From: an uncultured Actinomycetes bacterium | GTDB taxonomy: Bacteria > Actinomycetota > Thermoleophilia > Gaiellales > Gaiellaceae | Direction of reading: 5' to 3' | NCBI GenBank assembly: GCA_963836685.1 | Contig: CAWIKS010000002.1 | Location: forward strand, 67,137-131,136 | Length of the DNA stretch: 64,000 bases | Part shown: piece after piece, positions 50,390-59,245 of the stretch | Layout: every line of letters starts with the position of its first letter | How positions within the stretch are numbered: position 1 is the stretch's first letter | Position numbers and translations under genes: made by a program | The notes under the pieces: generated by a model | Seen by the model: the letters and a program-made list of their open reading frames with translations, nothing else | The model's database searches: none | What the model was told of the DNA's origin: nothing

Positions 50390-51961
50390 ATGACCAACAA
50401 GAAGGCGAAGAGGACGAGGCTCGTCGGGTACGTTCGGGTGTCGAAGGTCGCCGGACGGAAGGGTGACTCCTTCATCAGCCCGAAGGTGCAGCGGGAGAAG
50501 ATCGACGCCTGGGCCAGGCTTCACGACGCGGACATCGAGGACGTGCTCGAGGAGCTCGACGAGTCGGGCGCCAAGAAGAACCGGCCGAAGTGGCAGGAGG
50601 CGCTCCGCCGGTGCAAGGAGGGCGAAGCGGACGGTGTCATCGTCGCCCGACTCGACCGGTTCTCCCGCTCCGTCATGGACACGCTGACCGCGGTACGGGA
50701 GCTTGAGAAGGCGGGAGCGCGCCTCGTGTCGGTCGAGGAGAGCATCGACGGCTCGACGCCGACGGGCCAGTTCGTGCTGACGGTGCTCGCCGGCCTCGGC
50801 GAGATGTACTGGAAGCAGAACCAAGCCTCGTGGGAGGAGGCCATTTCCCGCGCCGTCGCGGACGGCGTCCACATCTCACCCATGGCGCCGGCCGGGTACC
50901 GGCGCGAGAACGGGGGCAGGAGGCAGCGCCTGGTACCGGACGAGAAGACCGCCGAGGCCGTTCGGGAGGCGTTCAGGATGAGGGCCGCTGGCACGAGCGC
51001 GGGCGACATCGCCAGGATGCTCGAGTCCCGCGGTGCCCTACCGGCGACCGGCAACCCGCAGTGGAGCAGGCAGGGCGTCGTCGCCCTCCTCAAGAACCGG
51101 GTCTACCTCGGCAGGGCCAAGGGCTGGAACAGCATCGTGAACGAGACGGCCCACGAGCCCCTCGTAACACCGGAGGAGTTCGCGGCAGCACAGTCGGCGC
51201 CGATCTCGCGGAAGCACAGGCACGACGGCTCGATAGCCTCGCAGGCGATCCTCGTTGGGCTCCTCCGCTGCGCGGGCTGCGGACACCTGATGACGACCAC
51301 CGGCACGACGAACCGCGACGGGACGAGGACGGCCTCCTACACCTGTCGGAGGCGGTTCGCGACGGGGGACTGCCCCGCCCCGGCGGCTTCTCGGTGCGCG
51401 ATCGTCGACGGCTTCGTCCGGGACGCGATCTCGATGGGCCTGACGACCGGCGCCCTGAGGACGAGCTTCGACGAGGTCTCGCGTTGGCAGCAGGCGCAGT
51501 TAGCGGTCGCCAGGGCCGAGGCCGAGCTCGACTCGCTCGCCAGCGCGGAGCTCCTTCGGACGCTGGGGCCGGACCGGCTCGCGGCGATGGCGGAGCCGCT
51601 GGCAGCCGCGCTCGAGGAGGCGCGGGACGGGCTCCGGTCGACCCCACGGCCGGGCACGGCGACGGATCTCGTGCCGGACACCAGCCTCTGGATAGACGAG
51701 CCTGTCGACTGGGGCGACGGCTCGGAGCCGTACGTGCCCTGGCCCACAGAGCGGCAGAGGCGCTTCGTGCGGCAGTACGTGTCCGGCCTCGTGCTCCGCC
51801 GCGCGGGGGTGCCGGGGAAGGCGGCGGGCCCGGTCTGGTCGCGGCTCGCGCTGACATGGGCCGGGGACGAGGCACCCAACGGGACGCTCGGCGAGAGGGT
51901 CGATGCCTGGAGGGCCGCGACCCCACAGCTCGTCGACGGCAGGTTCGTCCTCAAGGCCTGA
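50390..51961 (+). CDS. Large serine recombinase (phage-integrase type)
   Basis: ATG 50390 with upstream GAGGAGG. Resolvase catalytic domain (YVRVSK...GDSFISP...ARLDRFSR), recombinase domain and Cys zinc ribbon (CAGCGH...YTCRRR...C). Confidence 0.9.
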   Translation: MTNKKAKRTRLVGYVRVSKVAGRKGDSFISPKVQREKIDAWARLHDADIEDVLEELDESGAKKNRPKWQEALRRCKEGEADGVIVARLDRFSRSVMDTLTAVRELEKAGARLVSVEESIDGSTPTGQFVLTVLAGLGEMYWKQNQASWEEAISRAVADGVHISPMAPAGYRRENGGRRQRLVPDEKTAEAVREAFRMRAAGTSAGDIARMLESRGALPATGNPQWSRQGVVALLKNRVYLGRAKGWNSIVNETAHEPLVTPEEFAAAQSAPISRKHRHDGSIASQAILVGLLRCAGCGHLMTTTGTTNRDGTRTASYTCRRRFATGDCPAPAASRCAIVDGFVRDAISMGLTTGALRTSFDEVSRWQQAQLAVARAEAELDSLASAELLRTLGPDRLAAMAEPLAAALEEARDGLRSTPRPGTATDLVPDTSLWIDEPVDWGDGSEPYVPWPTERQRRFVRQYVSGLVLRRAGVPGKAAGPVWSRLALTWAGDEAPNGTLGERVDAWRAATPQLVDGRFVLKA

Positions 51962-52076
51962 CCGTCTCTGCCCCCGCGACCTCGCCGGGCGAGCCGTGTA
52001 CGAAAAGGCCCCGGCGCGACAACATGCGCCGTAGTGCGCGGCGCGCGAGGCACCGCCCGACAGCTAGGAGGACGGA

Positions 52077-52358
52077 ATGGCAACCAGCGACCGAGGCTGG
52101 ACCGAGGAGGACGGCCGCGAGCTGCGGCTCCTGACCAAGCGGATCGGGACCGCGAGGTTCCGGCTCCGCCACGCCGGGACCGGCCGGGCCGGCGCGCCGG
52201 CGAAGAAGCTGACCGCCGCGGAGAAGGCCGAGGCCAAGAAGGCGATCGAGGCGATGACCGTCGAGAGGAGGGCGCTCCAGGACAGGCGGAAGGCGTCGCG
52301 CACGGCCGACCCCGGCACGATCGCGGACGACTTCGAGAGCGGGGTCGCGGCGTCGTGA
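52077..52358 (+). CDS. Hypothetical protein
   Basis: 93-aa ORF with upstream AGGAGG. Its stop overlaps the resolvase GTG start. Confidence 0.55.
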   Translation: MATSDRGWTEEDGRELRLLTKRIGTARFRLRHAGTGRAGAPAKKLTAAEKAEAKKAIEAMTVERRALQDRRKASRTADPGTIADDFESGVAAS

Positions 52359-52918
52359 CCGCCTACGGGTACTGCCGGGTCTCGACGGAGGACCAGGGCG
52401 AGTCCGGCCTCGGCCTCGCCGCCCAGAGGGCGGCGGTCCTCGCGGCCCGGCCGGACGCCGAGGTCGTCGAGGAGGTCAAGTCAGGGGGCCGCGCGGACAA
52501 CCGCGCGGTCCTCCGGGGCGTGCTCGCCCGGCTCCGGCGCGGGGACGTGCTCGTCGTGTCCCGGCTCGACCGGCTGACGAGGTCGCTCAAGGACTTCGCC
52601 TCGATCGTCGAGGAGGCGAAGGGCCGCGGGTGGTCCCTCGTGGTGCTGGACGGCGGCTTCGACATGACGACCCCGACGGGCAGGGCGATGGCCGGCATGC
52701 TGGCCGTGTTCGCCGAGCTCGAGCGGGACATGATCTCCCAGCGGACGCGGGAGGCGCTCGCCGCGAAGAGGGCCGGCGGGTGGGAGCCGAGGACGGCGTC
52801 GCTCGAACGGGCGCCGGAGTGCGCGAGGCTGAGGGACGAGGGCTACTCCCAGAGGCAGATCGCGGGGATGATGGGCATCGCGCGGGAGCAGGTCCGCCGC
52901 GCGCTGAGGGCCTGCTAG
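52355..52918 (+). CDS. Small serine recombinase (resolvase/invertase) with C-terminal HTH
   Basis: GYCRVSTEDQ catalytic Ser, VVSRLDRLTRS, and a C-terminal GYSQRQIAGMMGIAREQVRRAL helix-turn-helix. 187 aa. Confidence 0.9.
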   Translation: MTAYGYCRVSTEDQGESGLGLAAQRAAVLAARPDAEVVEEVKSGGRADNRAVLRGVLARLRRGDVLVVSRLDRLTRSLKDFASIVEEAKGRGWSLVVLDGGFDMTTPTGRAMAGMLAVFAELERDMISQRTREALAAKRAGGWEPRTASLERAPECARLRDEGYSQRQIAGMMGIAREQVRRALRAC

Positions 52919-53133
52919 GACGGCGTCCTGCCGGCGGCGAGGGTCTTCCTCCAGGCCCTCGCCTCCCTCTCCCTCGCCGTGTGGTGGACGATCACCGTGG
53001 CGAGCGGGTGGACCGACGCGCACTCGGCGGTCGCGCCCAGGAGGACGGCGTCCCCGTTGGACGGGGTCCACCACCACGAGTGGCCGACCGGCGCGTCGAG
53101 GGCCGGCCTGCCGGGCCTGGCGGCCGTGGCCAT
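52915..53133 (-). CDS. Hypothetical protein
   Basis: ATG 53133 lies 1 nt after the upstream stop; the ORF-track start is 53148. No recognisable domain. Confidence 0.3.
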   Translation of the reverse strand: MATAARPGRPALDAPVGHSWWWTPSNGDAVLLGATAECASVHPLATVIVHHTAREREARAWRKTLAAGRTPS

Positions 53134-53134
53134 G

Positions 53135-53503
53135 CTAGTCCTCGCCATCGCCGAACGGGTCCCTCATCACGATCACGCTACCCGGCGGGAGGTCGGGGCC
53201 GGCGGCGTCCTCGGAGAGCCCGAGCTTGAGGAGCTCCGACGCGGCGCGCTGCCGCACCGGCCAGTCCGGCGAGCCGCCGGGGCGGGTCGCCAGGAGGCAG
53301 GACTTCAGCGTCGCCAGGGCATCGGGGTCGAGGAGGTCCTGGGCGGTCTTGTCGGCGATGGCCTTCAGCTCCGGGTTCTCGCGGAACCAGCGCCTCAGGG
53401 AACGCTCGTGCGCCCCGACCGCCGCCGCCGCCTGGGCGACCGTCGCGCCGCCGCCGATGAGCTCGGCCGCCGTCCTCTGCTTCTTGGGGTCGACGCGGGC
53501 CAT
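53135..53503 (-). CDS. HTH-domain protein (regulator or terminase-small-subunit-like)
   Basis: ATG 53503 with upstream AAAGGAGC. AELIGGGATVAQAAAAVGAHERSLRRWF helix-turn-helix. 122 aa. Confidence 0.6.
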   Translation of the reverse strand: MARVDPKKQRTAAELIGGGATVAQAAAAVGAHERSLRRWFRENPELKAIADKTAQDLLDPDALATLKSCLLATRPGGSPDWPVRQRAASELLKLGLSEDAAGPDLPPGSVIVMRDPFGDGED

Positions 53504-53866
53504 CAGGACGGGCTCCTTTTGGCCGGCGGAACGGCCCCGCGGACACCGCCCCGCTCGGAGCCTTGGCAAAGATGCTGAGGGGTCTCCGGGGCGGGACTTC
53601 GGCCCCTGGGGGCCTCGCGCGGGCATGCGGGCGCGCCCATGCGCGCGAGGTTGACCACCTTCGGCGTGTCGGCGGGAGGGTGCACGTTCACTGTTCTACC
53701 GCCCGGATCGAGTCCCGTGCTCGTCCCCGGGCACGGGACACCCCTGGCGTGCCCAGGGCCAGCATCCATAAGGCATCCGGGCCGCCCCCGCGCCCGTCCC
53801 GCGTCCGGCCCCGCCCTGACCGGGACGCCCGGGGGAGCGCCTCTGGCCCAGGCCCAGGGGACAGGC

Positions 53867-53894
53867 GGGCCGGCGGCGGGACGGCCGCCGGCCC
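53867..53894 (-). terminator. GC-rich stem-loop downstream of the minus-strand acidic gene pair
   Basis: GGGCCGGCGGC-GGGACG-GCCGCCGGCCC, an 11-bp perfect stem, 17 nt beyond the stop at 53911. Confidence 0.45.
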
Positions 53895-53910
53895 TTCCTG
53901 CCCCGCCGAC

Positions 53911-54150
53911 CTAGAAGGCCGGCTCCCCGGCCGGCGTCGGGGCCAGCGCCAGTACCGGCGCGACGGGCGGGCGCGCCTCCTCCGCATCCTCCGCGACGAT
54001 GCGACGGATCACCTCTTCGATCCCCGCGGCGAGCTCCTCGGCGGAGCAGACGTCGAGCCTGATCTCGAGGCTGACCGGCCCGAGCTCGATGCCGACCTCG
54101 TCGACCAGGCGGATCACCACCTCGCCGCAGTCCCCGCTCTCGATCCTCAT
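53911..54150 (-). CDS. Hypothetical strongly acidic small protein
   Basis: 79-aa ORF. By my count 17 D/E, 6 R and no K. Its ATG overlaps the upstream stop (ATGA). Confidence 0.5.
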   Translation of the reverse strand: MRIESGDCGEVVIRLVDEVGIELGPVSLEIRLDVCSAEELAAGIEEVIRRIVAEDAEEARPPVAPVLALAPTPAGEPAF

Positions 54151-54539
54151 GACCCGCCTCCCTCGGCCAGCGTCGGGGGCGCCGTCCGGGGGCCCTGCGG
54201 GGCGACCCGCACGACCAGGCCGTCGGCCTCGCCGTCGGCCCCGTCTCCCAGGACGTCCAGCGCCTCCGAGGCCTTGATCGCGCCGAGCAGCAGGTGCCAG
54301 TCGCCCTCGAGCTCGACCGTGCAGGTGCCGCCTCCGCTCCGCATCGCGCCCGGGAAGTCGTTGATCTTGATGCCGAGCCAGGAGTCGCCTGCGTCGCCGG
54401 TGCTGACGTCGAGCGAGAGCACGTGCTCCCAGCCCTCACTGCCGCGCCACGCCCTGACCTCGGCGTCGACCACGACGCTGCCCGGCGGGTCGCCCCCGGG
54501 CTCGACCTCGAGGAGGTTGGTGCCGTCGAAGACCTTCAT
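54147..54539 (-). CDS. Hypothetical acidic protein
   Basis: 130-aa ORF, about 22 D/E against 8 K/R. ATG 54539 has an upstream GCGAGG. Divergent from the ATPase gene. Confidence 0.55.
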   Translation of the reverse strand: MKVFDGTNLLEVEPGGDPPGSVVVDAEVRAWRGSEGWEHVLSLDVSTGDAGDSWLGIKINDFPGAMRSGGGTCTVELEGDWHLLLGAIKASEALDVLGDGADGEADGLVVRVAPQGPRTAPPTLAEGGGS

Positions 54540-54724
54540 GTTCGCCTCGCTTTCTGTGCCGCGGCCGGCCCCGGTCGGGGCCTTCGAGCTTCGACTATCC
54601 GCGACGAGGCGAGAAGGTCACGCGCCCAGTCTAGGCGAGCCGCCGTCCCGGTGTGGTTTGTCGCAAACGAGACCCGCCATGGCAGGCGCCAAGGTGCCAG
54701 TCGAGTCCTGGACCGAGGACAGAC

Positions 54725-54830
54725 GGACAGGACACTCGTGCATAGACGAGTGTCTCGTCCTGTTGCAGGGGGTGGACAGGACACTCGTGTGTGCCTTATG
54801 CACACGAGTGTCCGTCCCGTGCGTCCCGTG
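54725..54830. promoter_or_regulatory. Repeat-dense divergent control region (candidate operators)
   Basis: GGACAGGACACTCGTG occurs twice (54725-54740 and 54774-54789), and each copy starts an inverted repeat. The second is a perfect 13-bp inverted repeat, GGACACTCGTGTG...CACACGAGTGTCC (54779-54813). GTCCCGTG is then repeated in tandem. Confidence 0.5.
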
Positions 54831-55075
54831 TCCTGAGGGCAGGGTTGTCCCGCGTCCGTCCTCGCGCCGCCGCAGGGGCGCGTTCTTCGCCCGCCACGGT
54901 ACGATTCTGGGGCATCCGCACTTCGTCGGTCGGACGCATCTCAGGGTCGCTCGGGGCCCCTCTCGGAGGGGCCCCGATGTTTTCCGGCCCGCGCGGTATC
55001 GCGCCCGGGCCCGCTCGGTTTAATCGAAGGTGGGCGCCGCGACCGGCGCCGAGACCGACCGACGGAAGGAGCAAG

Positions 55076-56241
55076 ATGCGGGACGAACACTACGACGGCG
55101 CCGCGGCCAGGCGGCCGCTGAACCTCTGGGAGGGCGTCGAGTGGGAGCGCATGCCGCGCGAGCTTCCGGCCGCGCACGAGGAGCTGCCCGAGGAGCCCGA
55201 CGACCCGTCCACGGTCGGCGTCTCGCTGCTCGACTTCGTGGCGGCCGAGCCGGCGGAGCCGCGCTGGGCGGTCGAGGGGGTCTGGCCGGAGGGCGCGTCG
55301 GGGGTGATCGCCGGCAGGCCGAAGGACGGGAAGTCCACGCTCTCGATCGAGCTCGCGGTCAGCCTGTGGTCGGGCACGCCGATGTTCGCGCTCGACCGGT
55401 TCGCGGCGAGGGGCGGGGCGGCCGTCCTCTACGTCCAGCAGGAGAACTCGGACCAGCGGCTCAACCGCGACCTCCAGCGGGTGCTCGCCGCCAGGGGGCT
55501 CGGCGAGGTCGAGACCCTGGCCCGCTATACCGCCGAGGAGACCGGCGGCGAGGAGGTCACCGTCCAGCACTTCGAGCCCGACCTCTCCAGGTGGACCGAG
55601 TTCCACGAGGAGCCGCCGCCGTTCCGCGTGCTCAGCCACGCCGGAATCGACCTCTCGGTCCCGGAGACCAGGCCTGGATCGAGGAGGTCGTGGTCGCCGG
55701 CGGCTACCGCTACCTGTTCCTCGATCCGCTCTACATGCTCGTCGGGTCGGCGAGGGTCACGGACGGCGGGGACGAGCTCCGGCCCATCCTCACGTGGCTG
55801 ACCCGGCTGAAGAACCGCACCGGGTGCGCCGCGGTCGTCACGCACCACATGACGGACAAGGGCGGCAAGAACGCCGCCGGCTCGCTGCTCGGCACCACCT
55901 TCATCCACGGCTGGTACGAGGCCTCGGTCTTCGTCCGGCAGGGCGAGCACAAGACGTTCGAGGTCCGGCTGGACGCCCAGCGCGACTTCGGGAGCTCCGA
56001 CGCCCTGACGATGATCGGGCTCGGCGTCGGCCGGTGGTCGCTCGGCCCGACGGGCGGCTCGACGGACTCGGCCGGCAGGTCGTCCCCGCGGATCGACGGC
56101 AAGGCCGCGAGGGCGGCGAGGGCGCGGGAGCTCCACGAGATGCACCCGCTCTGGACCTACCAGGAGATCGCGGACGAGGTCGGCGTCACGTCGGTCAAGA
56201 CGGTCCAGCGCTACCTCGCCGGCGCGGAGGACCCCGAGTGA
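55076..56241 (+). CDS. RecA-like (AAA_25/RepA-type) ATPase with C-terminal HTH, one apparent frameshift
   Basis: ATG 55076 with upstream GGAAGGAG and Walker A GRPKDGKST. After a shift near 55668 come YLFLDPLYML (Walker B-like), VVTHHM and the tail WTYQEIADEVGVTSVKTVQRYL. Confidence 0.8.
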
Positions 56242-56375
56242 GCGCGCCGAGGAAGAAGGAGGACCCGCGGAGGCACGCGGCGCGCAGCAGGCGCTGGGAG
56301 GCAGCGAACCGCGAGCGCGACCTGGAGCTCCGCCGGCGGGCGAACCGCGCGTTCCGTGCGAGGCAGAGAGAGTAG
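56238..56375 (+). CDS. Hypothetical Arg-rich mini-protein
   Basis: 45 codons. The GTG overlaps the ATPase stop. RRWEAANRERDLELRRRAN motif. Could be non-coding. Confidence 0.3.
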   Translation: MSAPRKKEDPRRHAARSRRWEAANRERDLELRRRANRAFRARQRE

Positions 56376-56840
56376 GGCGGACGCATGCGGCTCCGCCCCT
56401 CCGCCCGGGGGCGGACTCGAGGGGGACACAGTCGCGGGAAGCCCAAACCCCGGCTCGGATGGCGTCAGGGAGCGCGGTGTCTAGTCGGGAGAGCGGGTGC
56501 CCTCCTCGCGGGGAATCTACTGGCGGCCGGGGACCCGGCTGCCCCGCCAAAGGGTCGCCGGGCACATCGCGGGATGGAGGCCCGCCCGGCCGCCGGGTAT
56601 CGGCTAGATCTCCTCCCCAGCCCTGGACGCCGCGCGCCGCATCGCCGCCTTCCGGCGCCTGGCCTCGACGGCCTTCCGGCGGCCGGCCTCGAGCTTCGCC
56701 CGCTGCGCCGGGTCCCGCCACCGCCGGCTCATGGCGGCCGACTGGAGGAGCGCGGTCTGGAGCGGCGTCTTCGATGGCACGCCGTATATCTACCGCCCGG
56801 ACTACAGTCGCGCCCTCCGTCAGGGGGTTGAATCACTGCG

Positions 56841-57100
56841 GTGAGCAAGTCGACCGACATCCGCAAGTTCTTCCCGGACGACCAGGGCTGGGAGCTCTTC
56901 AGGGCCGCGTGCTCGATGGCCGACAAGGCCAGCGCCAGGGTCGCGACCCTCGAGGGTCAGGTCACCAAGGCCCGGATCCTCAAGGCCGAGACCGGCGCCC
57001 AGGCCGCGATCGCCCAGCTCATCACGAAGGGCGCCGTCTCCGGCCGCCCAGACCCCCGCATCAAGACCGCCGACTTCTTCCATCCGCGGGAGGCAAGTGA
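56841..57100 (+). CDS. Hypothetical protein (3' end uncertain)
   Basis: ORF 56841..57860 looks protein-like only to about 57095 (MSKSTDIRKFFPDDQGWELFRAACSMADK...). A frameshifted stop overlapping the next start is suspected. Confidence 0.4.
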
Positions 57101-57291
57101 ACGCCAAGAGCCCGAACGGCTTCGAGAGCACGGTCGTGACCGACGCCTCCGAGGCGCAGGCCTCCTACTTCGCCGGCCTGCCGGCGCCGAAGAGCGGCCA
57201 GTCGAGCTACCGCATCGAGTGGGCACTCGCGACGGCCGACGGCGTCTGGACGGTCTCCAAGGCCGCGTTCGAAGCCGCCAAGGGGCTCTAG
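57097..57291 (+). CDS. Hypothetical protein
   Basis: 64-aa ORF with a GTG start preceded by GGGAGG. Confidence 0.5.
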   Translation: MNAKSPNGFESTVVTDASEAQASYFAGLPAPKSGQSSYRIEWALATADGVWTVSKAAFEAAKGL

Positions 57292-57294
57292 CCC

Positions 57295-57711
57295 GTGGCC
57301 GCGGCCCAGACCGAGATCGCCGAGCTCGAGGCCCGGATGGCCGAGGCCGAGCAGCGCGCCAAGGAGACACCGGCGTTCTGGAAGGCCCGCCTCGAGGAGG
57401 CGACCGCCAGGGCGACCGAGCTCAACGCCGAGGTCCTCGCGGCCAGGGACAAGCTCGCCTCCGACCTCGCCGACGCGACGGCCCTGCTGGCCGACGCCCA
57501 GGTGGAGACCGCCGCCGCGATGGAGGCCTTCGTCAACTCCTGCTCGCACGAGCGGGCGTGCCGCGCCAGGTGGGTCAGCCTCTGGGAGTCGGCCAGGAAC
57601 GCTGGGCTCGAGCCCGGGCCGCGCCTGCCGAACATCGGGACCCGCGCCTCAGGCGACCGCCGGCTCCACCACCTCGTCCAGTCCGCCCGCGACGCGTTCC
57701 ACGGCCTGTAG
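57295..57711 (+). CDS. Hypothetical coiled-coil protein
   Basis: 138-aa ORF starting 3 nt after the previous stop. The N-terminal two thirds are Ala/Glu-rich helix. Confidence 0.5.
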   Translation: MAAAQTEIAELEARMAEAEQRAKETPAFWKARLEEATARATELNAEVLAARDKLASDLADATALLADAQVETAAAMEAFVNSCSHERACRARWVSLWESARNAGLEPGPRLPNIGTRASGDRRLHHLVQSARDAFHGL

Positions 57712-57894
57712 GAGGACAGCCATCGAGCCGACCGACGCGATCAGGCATACGGAACCTGCACGACCAGGACGACACCAGGTCCTCCGCCCCCAAGTCGATG
57801 GGGGTCCAGTACGACAGGTCAGCGAACGATCTCGTAAGGCTTACCCGGCTCAGCCGGTAGCCCCCGTTGCTGGTAGATCAAGGAGGACGGCTCG

Positions 57895-58341
57895 ATGACT
57901 GCCCGCCTGATGGCCTCCCTGAAGGACCTCAAGCGCAAGAGCGACGGCCTGCCGCCGGCGCGCCCGATGAGCCGCGTCGCCAAGGCGAAGGCCAGGCTCG
58001 CCGCCCCGCCGGCGTCGACGGCGGTCAACCCCGCGCTCACCCGGCTCAGGGGCGGCGTCGACGACCCCGCCTCCGTCGCCGCGCTCGGCTACTCCGGCGC
58101 CGCCGAGCTCGAGGCCGTCCGCAAGGACGCGGCCGAGGCCCAGATCTCCAGGGCGCGGCCCCCGGAGGTCCACATCCACGTCGAGCAGCAGCCCGGCCAC
58201 GCGGCGGCGCTCGAGACCCTGCTGGACGCGCTCACGGTCGAGTCCGCCGCCTGCAAGGGCTGCGGGGCGAGCACCGCCGGCACGACGGCAGAGGTCGACG
58301 CCTGGTGCGAGGACCACGAGTGCCCGGAGGAGAAGGCGTGA
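57895..58341 (+). CDS. Hypothetical protein with C-terminal Cys cluster
   Basis: 148-aa ORF with a strong RBS AAGGAGG. C-terminus CKGCG...WCEDHEC. Confidence 0.55.
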   Translation: MTARLMASLKDLKRKSDGLPPARPMSRVAKAKARLAAPPASTAVNPALTRLRGGVDDPASVAALGYSGAAELEAVRKDAAEAQISRARPPEVHIHVEQQPGHAAALETLLDALTVESAACKGCGASTAGTTAEVDAWCEDHECPEEKA

Positions 58342-58535
58342 CCGACCACCTGCACCCCATCGACGGGCTGACAGTGTCCAGGGTCAAGAACACCGACGGC
58401 CGCGCCGGCATGTTCGTGAACGTCGACAAGTGGGACGACTACCTCGGCGGGCAGGACCACTACGACAAGCTGATCGACAGCCTCGGCGGCGCCCCGGAGG
58501 GGACGGTCGTCGAGACGGTAGAGGACGGGGTATGA
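58338..58535 (+). CDS. Hypothetical protein
   Basis: 65 codons at the 3' end of ORF 57867..58535. The GTG overlaps the previous stop. Confidence 0.45.
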   Translation: MTDHLHPIDGLTVSRVKNTDGRAGMFVNVDKWDDYLGGQDHYDKLIDSLGGAPEGTVVETVEDGV

Positions 58536-58550
58536 GCGACGGCCGAGGAG

Positions 58551-58706
58551 ATGGACGCCCGCGCCGAGCGGACGGCCAAGAGCCTGCTCGAGGTACTCAA
58601 GGCGCACCACAGCCTCTTCCAGCAGCGCGAGACCGCCGGCCAGTTCAGGCCATCGGTCTGGCGCACGCGCACGCCGAAGGCCAAGCGCCTCGGCCAGTTC
58701 TTCTGA
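58551..58706 (+). CDS. Hypothetical small basic protein
   Basis: 51-codon ORF found by eye (MDARAERTAKSLLEVLKAHHSLFQQRE...). GAGGAG lies immediately upstream. Confidence 0.35.
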   Translation: MDARAERTAKSLLEVLKAHHSLFQQRETAGQFRPSVWRTRTPKAKRLGQFF

Positions 58707-58731
58707 CCCACGACAGATCGGAGGTGGGGCC

Positions 58732-59245
58732 GTGGCCCTGACCGAGGAGACAAGGCCGTCATCTCGCGCGGCAAGCAGAAGGTGGACATCGACCGGCTCC
58801 TGCGGCGGCACGCCGAGGGGGCGTCCAACATAGACATGGCCAGGGAGTTCGGGGTGTCGGGGACGATGATCCTCAGGGCTCTGAAGAGGCGCGGGCTGAA
58901 GTCCAACTACCGCGGCGGCACCCCGAGGACGTCAGGGAAGCTGGACTGCCGGGTCGACGGCTGCGAGAAGGTGGCGGTGACGAGGGGCGTGTGCAAGGAG
59001 CACAAGGGCCACCCGGCCGCGCTGCCGGACAGGCGCGGGCGGAAGCCGGGGACGACGGGCACCGTCACGGCGCCGGCGGCGCGTTCGGGCCGAAGCTCCG
59101 GCAGGACCAGATCGACAAGGCCCTCGCCGCGGAGATGACCTCGCGCTGCCAGTGCGGCTGGTCGATGACCGGCACGGCGTCCAGGGTCATCGCCGCTGCG
59201 AGGGCGCACCGGCGGACGTGTCCGGCCCAGACCCAGGCGGCATGA
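58732..59245 (+). CDS. HTH-domain protein with Cys/His-rich C-terminal half, two apparent frameshifts
   Basis: GTG 58732 follows GGAGGTG. After a shift near 58747 comes DKAVISRGKQKVDIDRLLRRHAEGASNIDMAREFGVSGTMILRALKRRG (ORF 58782..59139). After a shift near 59085 comes the tail of ORF 58991..59245. Confidence 0.5.

Noticed and set aside
53504-53910. About 400-bp gap with ORF 53639-53914 and several GC hairpins; considered as a gene or ncRNA
   Set aside because: The ORF translation is Pro/Gly/Ala low-complexity with no RBS. The hairpins (for example 53609-53650 and 53712-53737) are short and unremarkable at this GC content. Only the hairpin next to the 53911 stop is kept, as a terminator candidate.
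54725-54830. Possible CRISPR-like repeat
   Set aside because: There are only two copies of a 16-nt motif, each embedded in an inverted repeat within a divergent promoter region. There is no spacer array and no cas genes, so it is interpreted as operators.
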